Source: Fastidiosibacter lacustris (GTDB lineage: Bacteria; Pseudomonadota; Gammaproteobacteria; Francisellales; Francisellaceae). From it: 31,241 nt of DNA. Location: contig NZ_QLIR01000019.1 in assembly GCF_003428155.1 (NCBI RefSeq), forward strand, positions 1-31,241, in the 5' to 3' direction. Numbering within the stretch: position 1 is the stretch's first letter; each line of letters starts with the position of its first letter. This document shows positions 1-10,192 of the stretch, piece by piece. The notes beneath the pieces are model-generated. The model did not search any database. It saw nothing but the letters and a program-made list of their open reading frames with translations, and had not been told where the DNA came from. The position numbers and the translations under genes are program-made.

Positions 1-67
1 GCTTTTTTACACCTGTTAAACGACGAAACTCATCTGCTGCTAACTTGTTTATCGTTTCCCATCTCAT
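1..67 (-). mobile_element. N-terminal fragment of a possible transposase, running off the left edge
   Basis: Minus-strand translation from ATG at 67 reads MRWETINKLAADEFRRLTGVKK and stays open to the window edge. The 'FxRLTGVKK' pattern resembles the N-terminus of some IS5-like transposases. A purine-rich AAAGGTGG lies upstream. Confidence 0.4.
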
Positions 68-275
68 TGATCATATCCACCTTTAATTTTTAAATAGCTA
101 TTTTGCTAGATTAAATACGGTTTGGAAAGAACTCTATTATTCTGTTACTTTTCCAATTTAAAATAATATTGCTTTAGATACACTCACCCATCGTAGGTGT
201 AACCCTAAACTTTGCTTTTGCTACTTAAAAAAATTCAGTAAAATATCATAAAATCACTACCTAAGGATCCCGCAT

Positions 276-542
276 ATGACTACTATTTTTTGTACTAAAC
301 TACAACAACAAGGCACCGCGATGCTTTATGCCCCTTTGCCTGGTGAGCTAGGACAAAAGATTCTGCAATATATTTCACAAGAAGCATGGGCAAAATGGTT
401 GGATCACCAAACCATTTTGATCAATGAATATCGTTTAAATTTACTAGAACCAGAAGCCAAAAAATTCCTAATCACTGAAATGGAAAAATTCCTATTTGAT
501 GGTAGCGCTGAGAAACCTGCTGCATTTTCAGAACCTGAGTAA
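276..542 (+). CDS. yggX: Probable Fe(2+)-trafficking protein YggX
   Basis: 88 aa. Starts TTIFCTKLQQ and contains PGELGQKILQYISQEAWAKWLDHQTILINEYRLNLLEPEAKKFLITEMEKFLFDG, the characteristic YggX pattern and size. Confidence 0.95.
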   Translation: MTTIFCTKLQQQGTAMLYAPLPGELGQKILQYISQEAWAKWLDHQTILINEYRLNLLEPEAKKFLITEMEKFLFDGSAEKPAAFSEPE

Positions 543-679
543 TTGTCCTATTTTTATTTTTAAGGGCACCACTTGCCTATTATACTGATATTTATTGTAA
601 ATATTTCCTCTAATTGTGCGTCGCATGGGTTGTGTTACTTTTTAAATTCTCTTTTACGTCGTTTAATGGGTCGCAAGAA

Positions 680-718
680 GCCCCCAACTATAACCGCTTG
701 CGGTTTAGTGGTGGGAGC
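680..718. terminator. GC-rich imperfect hairpin between the convergent yggX and FUSC-like genes; candidate terminator
   Basis: GCCCCCAACTATAACCGC-TT-GCGGTTTAGTGGTGGGAGC. The inner AACCGC/GCGGTT stem is perfect and the outer stem is imperfect. There is no strong adjacent T-run. Confidence 0.3.
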
Positions 719-721
719 ATG

Positions 722-1606
722 TCACTCCATGCTTTTCTCAAACGCCAAATATTCTTCTTGTAGTAATAAGAAAAACGCTTGTAGTTTTTGCTGACAAAAC
801 CGTCTAAGTTTAACATCATTCTCTGAAGTACCTAAGCTTAAACAAGACTGATAAATGACTACAAGTTCTTGCATAGTGGAAAAAAGTAACTTCATCAACT
901 TTATTTGTTCATCACTTAGTTCAATCTTTGTATTGATAAAATGCTCAACTAATTTTTTTTCTTGCATAATCAAGTCATCAACTAATAATTTTATTGTTTT
1001 TTTATCCAACGTTTCTTTTGTTATTTCATCTTCAAGATTTACAGCGACTAAAATTTCTATAATTTGCTTATGTGCCAAGTAAATCTGATATGCTTTTGTT
1101 GATAATTTATGTTTTAAATTATTGGGTTTTATTATTAAACTCACAGCTAAGATGGCAACTGCGCCAATTGCAATATCAAATATACGCGCCCTAAAAAGTG
1201 ATAGATCCCAATAAGATAATGCTCCTACAAACATCACGATAAACACACTACTAAAAAACACGCCAACTGAATAATGGACTACACTAAAATAAAGCGTAAA
1301 GAGCGATAGAGCCAAAATAACACAAATCAGCACATAAAATGGTAACTCTAAACTCAGGTAATAATAAGCCAGAGTTCCTACAAAACAGCCTAAAACGGTA
1401 TGAATTACAATCGATTTAGATCTAAATAATATTTCTCTAGCATGGACACTAATACTAATTGAAATAATGGCTAATACACTCCAATAATTACGCTGCAAAC
1501 CAATCATTTCAGTTACAATAATTGCAATAATACAAGCAATTAAAACTCGAATTGCTAATAATTTATATTGAGGAAGTTGATTGATATGTCTACGCCAACT
1601 CATCAA
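722..1606 (-). CDS. FUSC-like / aromatic acid exporter family membrane protein, second gene of pair
   Basis: 294 aa. N-terminal hydrophobic segments with RNYWSVLAIISISISVHAREILFRSKSIVIHTVLGCFVGTLAYY, resembling the FUSC-type membrane block, followed by a soluble helical tail. Confidence 0.65.
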   Translation of the reverse strand: MMSWRRHINQLPQYKLLAIRVLIACIIAIIVTEMIGLQRNYWSVLAIISISISVHAREILFRSKSIVIHTVLGCFVGTLAYYYLSLELPFYVLICVILALSLFTLYFSVVHYSVGVFFSSVFIVMFVGALSYWDLSLFRARIFDIAIGAVAILAVSLIIKPNNLKHKLSTKAYQIYLAHKQIIEILVAVNLEDEITKETLDKKTIKLLVDDLIMQEKKLVEHFINTKIELSDEQIKLMKLLFSTMQELVVIYQSCLSLGTSENDVKLRRFCQQKLQAFFLLLQEEYLAFEKSME

Positions 1607-2657
1607 CCGCTCCTTTTAGCTCAATGATGATATACTGCAGTGATTCCAATAAGAGGAGCAATTCAAATAACACAACATGACAACCTTTGATTGGTGGATG
1701 AGAAAGTACTTCACTTTTAAAGCCTTCAGTCAGTGACTTTAACTGTGATATTTGCAGCTCAAAGTCTTGTTCTTTCTTAAACATAAACGGCCATAGTGGT
1801 GCTTTGGTTGCCATAAAAATAATTTCTTGTAGCGCACTTTGTTTAACAAGTACTTTGACAGCTGGAGAATTTTTAATAAGCAAAGATTGATAAAAAAATA
1901 AAATGCGAAAAATTGTACGTATTATATTTTGATAGCGACCATAACATCTATGCCATGCAATCTTGCGTATTGGTGAAATAATCCAGGTAGCTCCACGTTC
2001 ATGTAACGTATCTAGTGCCATATTTAGTTCTTTTTGACCATTTTTAAAATCTAGCTGGTATTTATTGGTACGCGTAATTTCTTCTAACCAAAAACGTGCT
2101 TCCTTTTGTAACATTATTGCATGTATTTGTAATACTCGAGATAACTGCTTTGGAGTATCCCACGGTCTTAGCCACAATATTAATATAACAAAAGCGATAC
2201 TAACTACAACTAAGCTTATATAAAGTTCAATCAATTGATTAGGCAATACAGGCAATTGCATAGAAGAAATCGCTAATACAATGACTAAATATCCAGGAAA
2301 TAACTTAAAGCGCCCACCAAACTTTCTAAGCCAAAAAGCAAAATAGGCTGAAATAATCACGATTAAAAAACTCAATATTTTATATGGATACAAGGACTCT
2401 GATAGACTCAAGCAAACAGCAAACCCAATAGCAAAGTAAAGAAATATCTGGCGTCTTGACTTAATATCGCCCACAGCACAAGCCATTGCCGCAAATGCCA
2501 AAAAGTAAAAACTCCACACCATCACCTCGTAGGTATAACCACAGCTCCATGCAAATAGAAAATAAGAAATCATTATACAGGCTACTTTGATCACCATTGC
2601 CAAAATATGCGCACCTGGATCATTTTTAGATAAATTATATATAAAACGCTCAATCAT
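1590..2657 (-). CDS. FUSC-like membrane protein, first gene of pair
   Basis: 355 aa. Block of hydrophobic segments followed by a helical soluble region. Overlaps the downstream FUSC-like ORF by 17 nt. Confidence 0.55.
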   Translation of the reverse strand: MIERFIYNLSKNDPGAHILAMVIKVACIMISYFLFAWSCGYTYEVMVWSFYFLAFAAMACAVGDIKSRRQIFLYFAIGFAVCLSLSESLYPYKILSFLIVIISAYFAFWLRKFGGRFKLFPGYLVIVLAISSMQLPVLPNQLIELYISLVVVSIAFVILILWLRPWDTPKQLSRVLQIHAIMLQKEARFWLEEITRTNKYQLDFKNGQKELNMALDTLHERGATWIISPIRKIAWHRCYGRYQNIIRTIFRILFFYQSLLIKNSPAVKVLVKQSALQEIIFMATKAPLWPFMFKKEQDFELQISQLKSLTEGFKSEVLSHPPIKGCHVVLFELLLLLESLQYIIIELKGAVDELA

Positions 2658-2823
2658 TTTTACTGTAATCTATGTTTATTATTTACATGCCCTGTTATAA
2701 TACAGTCAGTTAACTTATTGCTATAAATAAAGCTTAATGGGCTTATTTTATAGTAATCAAATGCTAAAAGCATAATAAATATGGCACTTAAAATAAGTGG
2801 ACTAATAATGAAGAGTTAGGGGA

Positions 2824-3693
2824 ATGATAGTGAGACATGGCGACACCATTTTAGAAAAACTTCAAAACGGCGAATTTAAATTACGGAAATCAGAGCAAAA
2901 AGTTGCAAACTGGATCATGGATAATTCAGGGGATGCAACTGCCCTTAACATTACAACCATTGCACACAAAATTGGGGTAAGCGAACCGACGATTGTTCGG
3001 TTTTGTCGTGCTGTTGGCTGTAAAGGGTATCAAGAGTTTAAAATTCGCTTTGCAGAAGAACTTGCTCTGGGAAGAATCAATGAATCAATTGATATTAAAT
3101 TAAACGACTCGACTGCTGTGGTAAAAGACAAAGTTGCACAGTTTGCACGTGCTGCTTTAGCCACTATAGATAGAGAAATTGACACCACAGAACTTGAGGT
3201 TGCCACTCAAATTTTACTTGAGTCAAACAAAGTTATCGTTTGTGGCTTTGGTGCATCCAATTGCACAGCTTTTGATAGTTTTCATAAACTTTTTCGTATG
3301 ATGCCAAAAGTCGGCTATTATCCTGACATGCACATGTCTGCCATGGCTGTTGGTTCTTTAGAGCCGGGAGATGCAATTATTGCAATTTCCAATAGTGGTA
3401 AATCCGAAGCCTTAATTAGCTTATGTAAATTAGCTCGCAGCAATGGGGCCAAAGTGATCACTATTACTGATCCTGGCTCCCCTGTTGATCAAACTGCAAG
3501 TGTTCGCTTAAACATTAAAAAACAAGTAGATACTGGGCTTTTTGTACCAATGTCAAATCGCTTAAAACAGCTCATCATTATTGATTTTTTGGTTTATAAC
3601 TATGCTCGTTTAAATGCAAAGCAAGCTGAACAGCGTTTAAAAAAAACCAAAACTGCATTAACAAATTTAAAACAACAGCACAGCATTATCTGA
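2824..3693 (+). CDS. hexR: HexR/RpiR-family transcriptional regulator (HTH_6 + SIS domain)
   Basis: 289 aa. LRKSEQKVANWIMDNSGDATALNITTIAHKIGVSEPTIVRFCRAVGCKGYQEFKIRFAEEL HTH region plus SIS motifs (VCGFGASNCTA, IAISNSGKSEALISLCKLARSNGAKVITITD). Confidence 0.9.
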   Translation: MIVRHGDTILEKLQNGEFKLRKSEQKVANWIMDNSGDATALNITTIAHKIGVSEPTIVRFCRAVGCKGYQEFKIRFAEELALGRINESIDIKLNDSTAVVKDKVAQFARAALATIDREIDTTELEVATQILLESNKVIVCGFGASNCTAFDSFHKLFRMMPKVGYYPDMHMSAMAVGSLEPGDAIIAISNSGKSEALISLCKLARSNGAKVITITDPGSPVDQTASVRLNIKKQVDTGLFVPMSNRLKQLIIIDFLVYNYARLNAKQAEQRLKKTKTALTNLKQQHSII

Positions 3694-3694
3694 C

Positions 3695-5518
3695 TTATCT
3701 AAATGCATGCCAGATTTCATCGGCAAGTTTATGACTAATGCCTTTGACTTTGGCAATTTCTTCAACGGATGCTCGCACAAGCTCCTGCCAACCACCAAAA
3801 TGACGAAGCAAAGCTTGACAGCGCTTCCTACCAACACCAGGAATAGATTCTAACACCGATTCATTTTGTCTCTTCGCTATTTTTTTTCTTTGCCCTTTTA
3901 TCGCAAAATCATGAGCAGCGTCACGAATTTGTCTGAGTAATAAAAATGATAAATCATGCTCCGGTAAATGGTGGGGCTGATCATCAAAACCAAGAAAAAT
4001 ATCTTCTTTACCACTTATTCTTTCAACACCCTTCCCTAAGCTAATAAGTTGAATGTTGTGTTCTTGTTTGTAAGCATGTAACACTTGTTGTGCTTTTTTT
4101 AACTGTCCTTTGCCACCATCAATAACTATAACGTCAGGTAAGTTTTGTGCTTCTATCCCTGACTCGATCCTTCTCTCCAATACTTGCGCAATAGCTGCAT
4201 AATCATCCCCTGGGGTTATGTTTTGAATATTATAACGCCGATACGCTGACTTCATAGAACCACCTCTATCAAATACTACACATGAAGCAACTGTCGCTTC
4301 ACCTTGATAATGACTGATATCAAAGCACTCGATACGATGAATATTGTCTTTATTAAGCCATTTTGCAAGTGCCAAAAAACGTGTTGTAAATTGTGACATA
4401 GATTGCAAATTGATTTGTAGTTTTTGTTTTGCATTAATCATCGCTAATTTTTGCCATTTCGCATTATCTGCTCCAGCATCAATAAGCCACCTTATCTTGC
4501 TATCCGCACGTTGCTCAACACTCTGTAATAAACTATTTGCCACTTTATGACCTTTGGGTAAAATTATCTCTTTAGGCCATATTGTCCGATGTTCATCCAA
4601 ATAATAATGTGCTAAGAATGCCTCTAATAACTCTGATTCCGTATTGTTATTTACGTTAACAATCCAAGATTTATCGTCCGTAACCTTACCTTGTGTGACT
4701 TGTAACACAGTAATACATGCTTTTGTTTCCAAGCCTAACAAACCAATAACATGAAAACTGCGATCATTTATTTTATCTACAAACTGTTGTTGCTGTAATT
4801 TGGTTAGTAATATGAGTTGATCTCTTAACCTAGCTGCTTCTTCAAAATATTCATTTTCAGACGCTTGGTGCATTTTAGTTGAAACTTCCTGCAAAATCCC
4901 ACTGAGCTTACCACTGACAAACCTTGCTAATAAATCAACCTGTAATTGATAAGCTTCTTCACTAATTTTACCGACACAGGGCGCACTACAACGTTTAATT
5001 TGATATTGTAAGCATGGTCGTGAACGATTGTTAAAGTAACTATCTTCACACTGACGCACCACAAATAACTTTTGCAACAAAGTAAGTGTTTCTTTCATGG
5101 ATACCAACGATACATAAGGGCCAAAGTATTGACCATTTTTACGTGGTTTACCGCGAAATCCTGATAACCGTGGAAAAACATGATCACTTAAATACAAGTA
5201 TGGGTAACTCTTATCGTCTTTAAATAAAATATTATACTTTGGCTTATGCTTCTTAATTAAAGCGCTTTCTAACAAGAAAGCTTCGTAATCGCTCGGTGTA
5301 ACGGTAATATCAATAAAGTTAACTTGTGCAGCTAAGGTTTGTGTTTTTAAATCCTTAGCTCCACGATTAAAATAGCTATTGACTCGCTTATGAAGGTTTT
5401 TAGCTTTGCCAACATATAGTAAGTTGCCTTCACCATCATACATACGATAAACGCCAGGATAAGGAGTTAGATTTTTTAAAAAAGAAGATAGATCAAAATC
5501 TTGTTGGGTTTTAAACAT
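3695..5518 (-). CDS. uvrC: Excinuclease ABC subunit C
   Basis: 607 aa. GIY-YIG start (TPYPGVYRMYDGEGNLLYVGKAKNLHKRVNSYF), CARPCLQYQIKRCSAPC-type region (RPCLQYQIKRCSAPCVGKI), C-terminal VIDGGKGQLKKA and HhH. Confidence 0.98.
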   Translation of the reverse strand: MFKTQQDFDLSSFLKNLTPYPGVYRMYDGEGNLLYVGKAKNLHKRVNSYFNRGAKDLKTQTLAAQVNFIDITVTPSDYEAFLLESALIKKHKPKYNILFKDDKSYPYLYLSDHVFPRLSGFRGKPRKNGQYFGPYVSLVSMKETLTLLQKLFVVRQCEDSYFNNRSRPCLQYQIKRCSAPCVGKISEEAYQLQVDLLARFVSGKLSGILQEVSTKMHQASENEYFEEAARLRDQLILLTKLQQQQFVDKINDRSFHVIGLLGLETKACITVLQVTQGKVTDDKSWIVNVNNNTESELLEAFLAHYYLDEHRTIWPKEIILPKGHKVANSLLQSVEQRADSKIRWLIDAGADNAKWQKLAMINAKQKLQINLQSMSQFTTRFLALAKWLNKDNIHRIECFDISHYQGEATVASCVVFDRGGSMKSAYRRYNIQNITPGDDYAAIAQVLERRIESGIEAQNLPDVIVIDGGKGQLKKAQQVLHAYKQEHNIQLISLGKGVERISGKEDIFLGFDDQPHHLPEHDLSFLLLRQIRDAAHDFAIKGQRKKIAKRQNESVLESIPGVGRKRCQALLRHFGGWQELVRASVEEIAKVKGISHKLADEIWHAFR

Positions 5519-5558
5519 TACAAATCACAAAAAAAATTATGAAAGAAAATCCAGCATA

Positions 5559-6209
5559 TCAGTTGTTTTTATTCTCGACATCAATTAACTTGTGTCGAAT
5601 TGCAAGATGTGTTAACTCAACGTCACTATCAATACCAAGTTTTTCAAATAAGCGGTAGCGATAGCTATTCACTGTTTTGGGGCTTAAACATAGCTGATCA
5701 GCCACTTCATTTACTTTCTGACCACTGGTAATCATTATCAATACCTGCATTTCACGCTCAGATAGCGAATCAAATGGAGTTTCGTCATCATGTGTTAAAT
5801 GTTTTAACGCAAGCTGTTGTGCCACCTCTGGAGAAAGGTACCTGCGACCAGCATAAACAGTTCTAATTGCCTGAATCATTTCATCGACACTCACTCCTTT
5901 AGTCATATAACCAGAAGCACCTGCTTGTAGCACTTTTGTAGGGTAAGGCTCATCACCATAAACAGTTACCACCAATATTTTAATCTGAGGATAAGCTTTT
6001 GCAATACGCTTGGTAGCTTCCAAACCCCCGATGCCTGGCATTTTAACATCCATTAAAATCACATCAGGTAGCAATTTTGCAGTTAGAGAAATTGCTTCCT
6101 CACCACTTGCGGCTTCTCCAACGATTTCAATATTACTTACATCACTCAGTAATTTTTTTATTCCTAATCTCACTAAATCATGGTCGTCAACTAAAAGCAC
6201 CCTTATCAC
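5559..6209 (-). CDS. uvrY: LuxR-family response regulator, UvrY/GacA-like
   Basis: 216 aa. Receiver MIRVLLVDDHDLVRLGIKKLLSD plus LuxR HTH LSEREMQVLIMITSGQKVNEVADQLCLSPKTVNSYRYRLFEKLGI. Lies directly upstream of uvrC, the classic gammaproteobacterial arrangement. Confidence 0.92.
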   Translation of the reverse strand: MIRVLLVDDHDLVRLGIKKLLSDVSNIEIVGEAASGEEAISLTAKLLPDVILMDVKMPGIGGLEATKRIAKAYPQIKILVVTVYGDEPYPTKVLQAGASGYMTKGVSVDEMIQAIRTVYAGRRYLSPEVAQQLALKHLTHDDETPFDSLSEREMQVLIMITSGQKVNEVADQLCLSPKTVNSYRYRLFEKLGIDSDVELTHLAIRHKLIDVENKNN

Positions 6210-6448
6210 GTCTTTACTCCCATTATATTGATCTATCTCACAACATCACCACATGAGGCTTGATCAAATATCGTCGATTGATCATTTATTTCAAATAAAC
6301 TCATGCGCAAATTTCGAACTTATTTGTGAGAATTTGACCATAGTATAGCGTAAAAATGGGAAGTTGGCTTAGAGATTTTAGTTTATTTTGCTTGAATTTA
6401 ACTACCGTGATTGTAATATGAGTGTACTTTTAAATAATAACTAACTGC

Positions 6449-7579
6449 ATGGTCACGAACAATAATGAGTTGAACTGCCTAGTAAAACAGTTGTTAAATG
6501 AACCTTTTATTGCACTTGATACTGAATTTTATTGGCGTAATACTTATTATCCTCAGCTGTGCTTAATTCAAATTGCAACACCTAGCGATATCTATATTAT
6601 CGATACCTTAGCAACTGAAATGTCACTTGACTTGCTTACTCCTGTTTTAGAAACTCACGAAGTTTGTAAAATCATGCATGCAGCGAATAACGATATTAAA
6701 ATTCTACACCATTATTTAAACTGTCAGGTCAATAATATATTTGATACCCAAACAGCAATGGCGTTTTTAGGTCATAGCCATCAACTTTCTCTTGCCAACA
6801 CATTAAATGAGCTTGGAATTGGCATACTCGACAAACAACAAAAAACGTCAGATTGGCGTACACGTCCTTTAAGTGATCTACAGCTAAATTATGCTAAAGA
6901 AGATATTGCTTATCTAATTCATACTCATCAACTTTTGCAACAAAGACTCCAAGCTTTAGGTTGGTTAGACGCTTTCTATGAAGAAATGAAAGTAATCGTT
7001 AATTCCCACTTTACGAATGCACATGCTGCACCTTTTAAATTTAAAAACCAGCTTATGCGTTTAAACGGTAAAGCTTACGACAACGTCATTACACTTTCCA
7101 TTTGGCGAGAGCAATATGCCCAAAATAGAAATTGGGTTGTAAGATACATACTAAGTGATGATGAGCTTTTAAAAATTGCCAAACTAAATCCTGTAAACGA
7201 GCAAATGCTGATCAATAGCAAAATACTTTCAGCTAAAAAATTACACTACTTGGGAGCAAAGATTATAGATTTGCTTATCAATAACAACGTAGCTAGCCAT
7301 AGTTTTAAATTAAAATCACATCCATATCCAATGGTTGCTAAAGACTTGTTAAATCAGTGCTTTGCTTATATTGAACAACTTGCTAAAGACCACCAGTTAT
7401 CGCTAGCACTCATTTGCTCAAAGCAAGAACTGAAAGAGTTTTTGTGCGATTATTTACATGCCCCGCTTTACTTACGAGGAAAGCTTACTCAAAGTTGGCG
7501 CTATGAAAAATTTATTCAACCTGTTTGTAAACTAATAGATAAGCTTCGCCTGAAATCAGACTACAAGACATTAAATTAA
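6449..7579 (+). CDS. rnd: Ribonuclease D
   Basis: 376 aa. DEDD exonuclease motifs: FIALDTEFYWRNTYYPQLCLIQIA, HAANNDIKILHH and YAKEDIAYLIHTHQLL. C-terminal HRDC-like region. Confidence 0.93.
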   Translation: MVTNNNELNCLVKQLLNEPFIALDTEFYWRNTYYPQLCLIQIATPSDIYIIDTLATEMSLDLLTPVLETHEVCKIMHAANNDIKILHHYLNCQVNNIFDTQTAMAFLGHSHQLSLANTLNELGIGILDKQQKTSDWRTRPLSDLQLNYAKEDIAYLIHTHQLLQQRLQALGWLDAFYEEMKVIVNSHFTNAHAAPFKFKNQLMRLNGKAYDNVITLSIWREQYAQNRNWVVRYILSDDELLKIAKLNPVNEQMLINSKILSAKKLHYLGAKIIDLLINNNVASHSFKLKSHPYPMVAKDLLNQCFAYIEQLAKDHQLSLALICSKQELKEFLCDYLHAPLYLRGKLTQSWRYEKFIQPVCKLIDKLRLKSDYKTLN

Positions 7580-7707
7580 AAGTTTGGCTGCACTTGTAAG
7601 ACTCTCATCAAATCCAGCAAAGCTTTTATGGTAATTAACTACAAATTAATTCCTACTTTGCAGTTTGGCAAGGAATAGTCGAGGATAAATTATTTACATT
7701 TTTCTGG

Positions 7708-8985
7708 TTAGATTTGGTAAAACTGACCTAATTTTCGAACCTGTCCATTTTGACGAACTTCAAATCCAAGTATCGTTTGACCATTAAACTTACCTACCTC
7801 ACCAATCATTTCACCCATCGTAACATCCTGTGACTCATGCACATTGATATCACTTAAATTGTTGTAAGCTGAAATATAACCATCTTCATGACTGATGATC
7901 ACCATCTTGCCATAACCACCCATGCCAACTCCAGCATAAAGCACATTACCATTTGCAGCAGCATAGACCTTTGTATTAAGTGGGACATTGATTTCTTGTT
8001 GCTGATTAATACCATTTTTATCAAATGTACCTTTTATTTTTAATGGCCATTGCCAAACATTAGCGGCATCTGTTTTCCCCATTGGTATATTGTTTTGAGC
8101 ATCTGACGTAATTTGTGGTTTTTTAATTGGTTCAGATTTTGGATTCGCTACAGCTAGAGGCTTCGACGTTGTTATATCTGGCAATTGAGCAGCAGGTTTT
8201 GGGTGAATAACATTTAGCATTTCACCTATTTTAGGAGGAGCACTTATCTGCTCTTTAATTTCATTTGGTGCACGAACCCGTATTTTCTGTCCAACATAAA
8301 TCAAACTGGACTCTTTTATATCATTCCAAGTTTGTAAATCAGATAAGCTAACGTCATTTGCCAAAGCAATTTCTAACAACGAATCACCCGATTGAACAAT
8401 GTAATACCCTGTTGTACTTTTTTTGATAGCATACTCAGTTTGGGTATTACCATCAAATTGAGTAAGACCATGAATATCAACCTCTTTATCATGAACATTA
8501 ACCTGATTTAAATGAGTGGTTTTTGATTGCATTTCCTGTGTTTTTACACTTGACGTAACAGGTGCAGCACTTGCATCTACAGCAGGAAGGTTTGCTTGTT
8601 TTGTTGCATTTTGTTGAATGCGAGTTACCTGTGGTTGTAAGCTTTTATTGTGAGTTACAACGTTTGTTTGGGATGTATAAGTATAGGACTGATCTGCACG
8701 CCAAATTTTTTCTCCAGGCAAAGGACTAACACGTATGGTTTTACCGGGTGTTAAAACAAAAGGTGCTTTTAACCCATTCCATAAAATCAAGGTTCGTTCA
8801 GTAACATTAAAACGCTTAGCAATATCGTACAAAGAATCACCTGTTTGTACCGTATAATAAGTCTGTTGCATTGGGATACTTGTAACAGGCGCTTGATCTT
8901 GTTCAGCATTAAAAAAGTGGTTTATTGAAGCACATCCTGATAACAATATAAGTGAAGCACCCATTGCACCTATTTTTTTAATCAC
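7708..8985 (-). CDS. nlpD: Outer-membrane lipoprotein with two LysM domains and a LytM (peptidase M23-like) domain, NlpD-like
   Basis: 425 aa. Lipobox-like LILLSGCAS, LysM copies YYTVQTGDSLYDIAKRFNVTERTLILWNGL and YYIVQSGDSLLEIALANDVSLSDLQTWNDI, and C-terminal LytM fold NGNVLYAGVGMGGYGKMVIISHEDGYISAYNNL. Confidence 0.85.
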   Translation of the reverse strand: MIKKIGAMGASLILLSGCASINHFFNAEQDQAPVTSIPMQQTYYTVQTGDSLYDIAKRFNVTERTLILWNGLKAPFVLTPGKTIRVSPLPGEKIWRADQSYTYTSQTNVVTHNKSLQPQVTRIQQNATKQANLPAVDASAAPVTSSVKTQEMQSKTTHLNQVNVHDKEVDIHGLTQFDGNTQTEYAIKKSTTGYYIVQSGDSLLEIALANDVSLSDLQTWNDIKESSLIYVGQKIRVRAPNEIKEQISAPPKIGEMLNVIHPKPAAQLPDITTSKPLAVANPKSEPIKKPQITSDAQNNIPMGKTDAANVWQWPLKIKGTFDKNGINQQQEINVPLNTKVYAAANGNVLYAGVGMGGYGKMVIISHEDGYISAYNNLSDINVHESQDVTMGEMIGEVGKFNGQTILGFEVRQNGQVRKLGQFYQI

Positions 8986-9013
8986 TACAACTACTCCTTT
9001 TTAAGATCTTGCA

Positions 9014-10045
<1,032 letters not shown>

Positions 10046-10192
10046 TTATCTTGAATGTCAACCATACCTATGATCTAAGAATTTCAGCAAAATGTACAGT
10101 ATAAAAACTGTGAAATGGTTTACAACAGATATATAAATTAAGCCGATGAAACGTTATACTAAACTACTAGTTTAAGCAGTCAGTGATTCTAT

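Noticed and set aside
573-794. Plus-strand 73-aa ORF between yggX and the FUSC-like gene
   Set aside because: No recognisable domain, overlaps the hairpin and the 3' end of a well-supported opposite-strand gene. Probably spurious.
855-1082. Plus-strand 75-aa ORF
   Set aside because: Lies entirely antisense within the FUSC-like coding region and has low-complexity, coding-shadow composition.
2682-2701. TTTACA and TATAAT motifs upstream of hexR
   Set aside because: TATAAT (2696-2701) is a good -10 box, but TTTACA (2682-2687) is only 8 nt away and no properly spaced -35 is obvious, so I do not call a promoter.
4344-4550. Plus-strand 68-aa ORF inside uvrC
   Set aside because: Antisense shadow of a confidently assigned gene.
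6010-6231. Plus-strand 73-aa ORF inside uvrY
   Set aside because: Antisense shadow of the response-regulator receiver domain.
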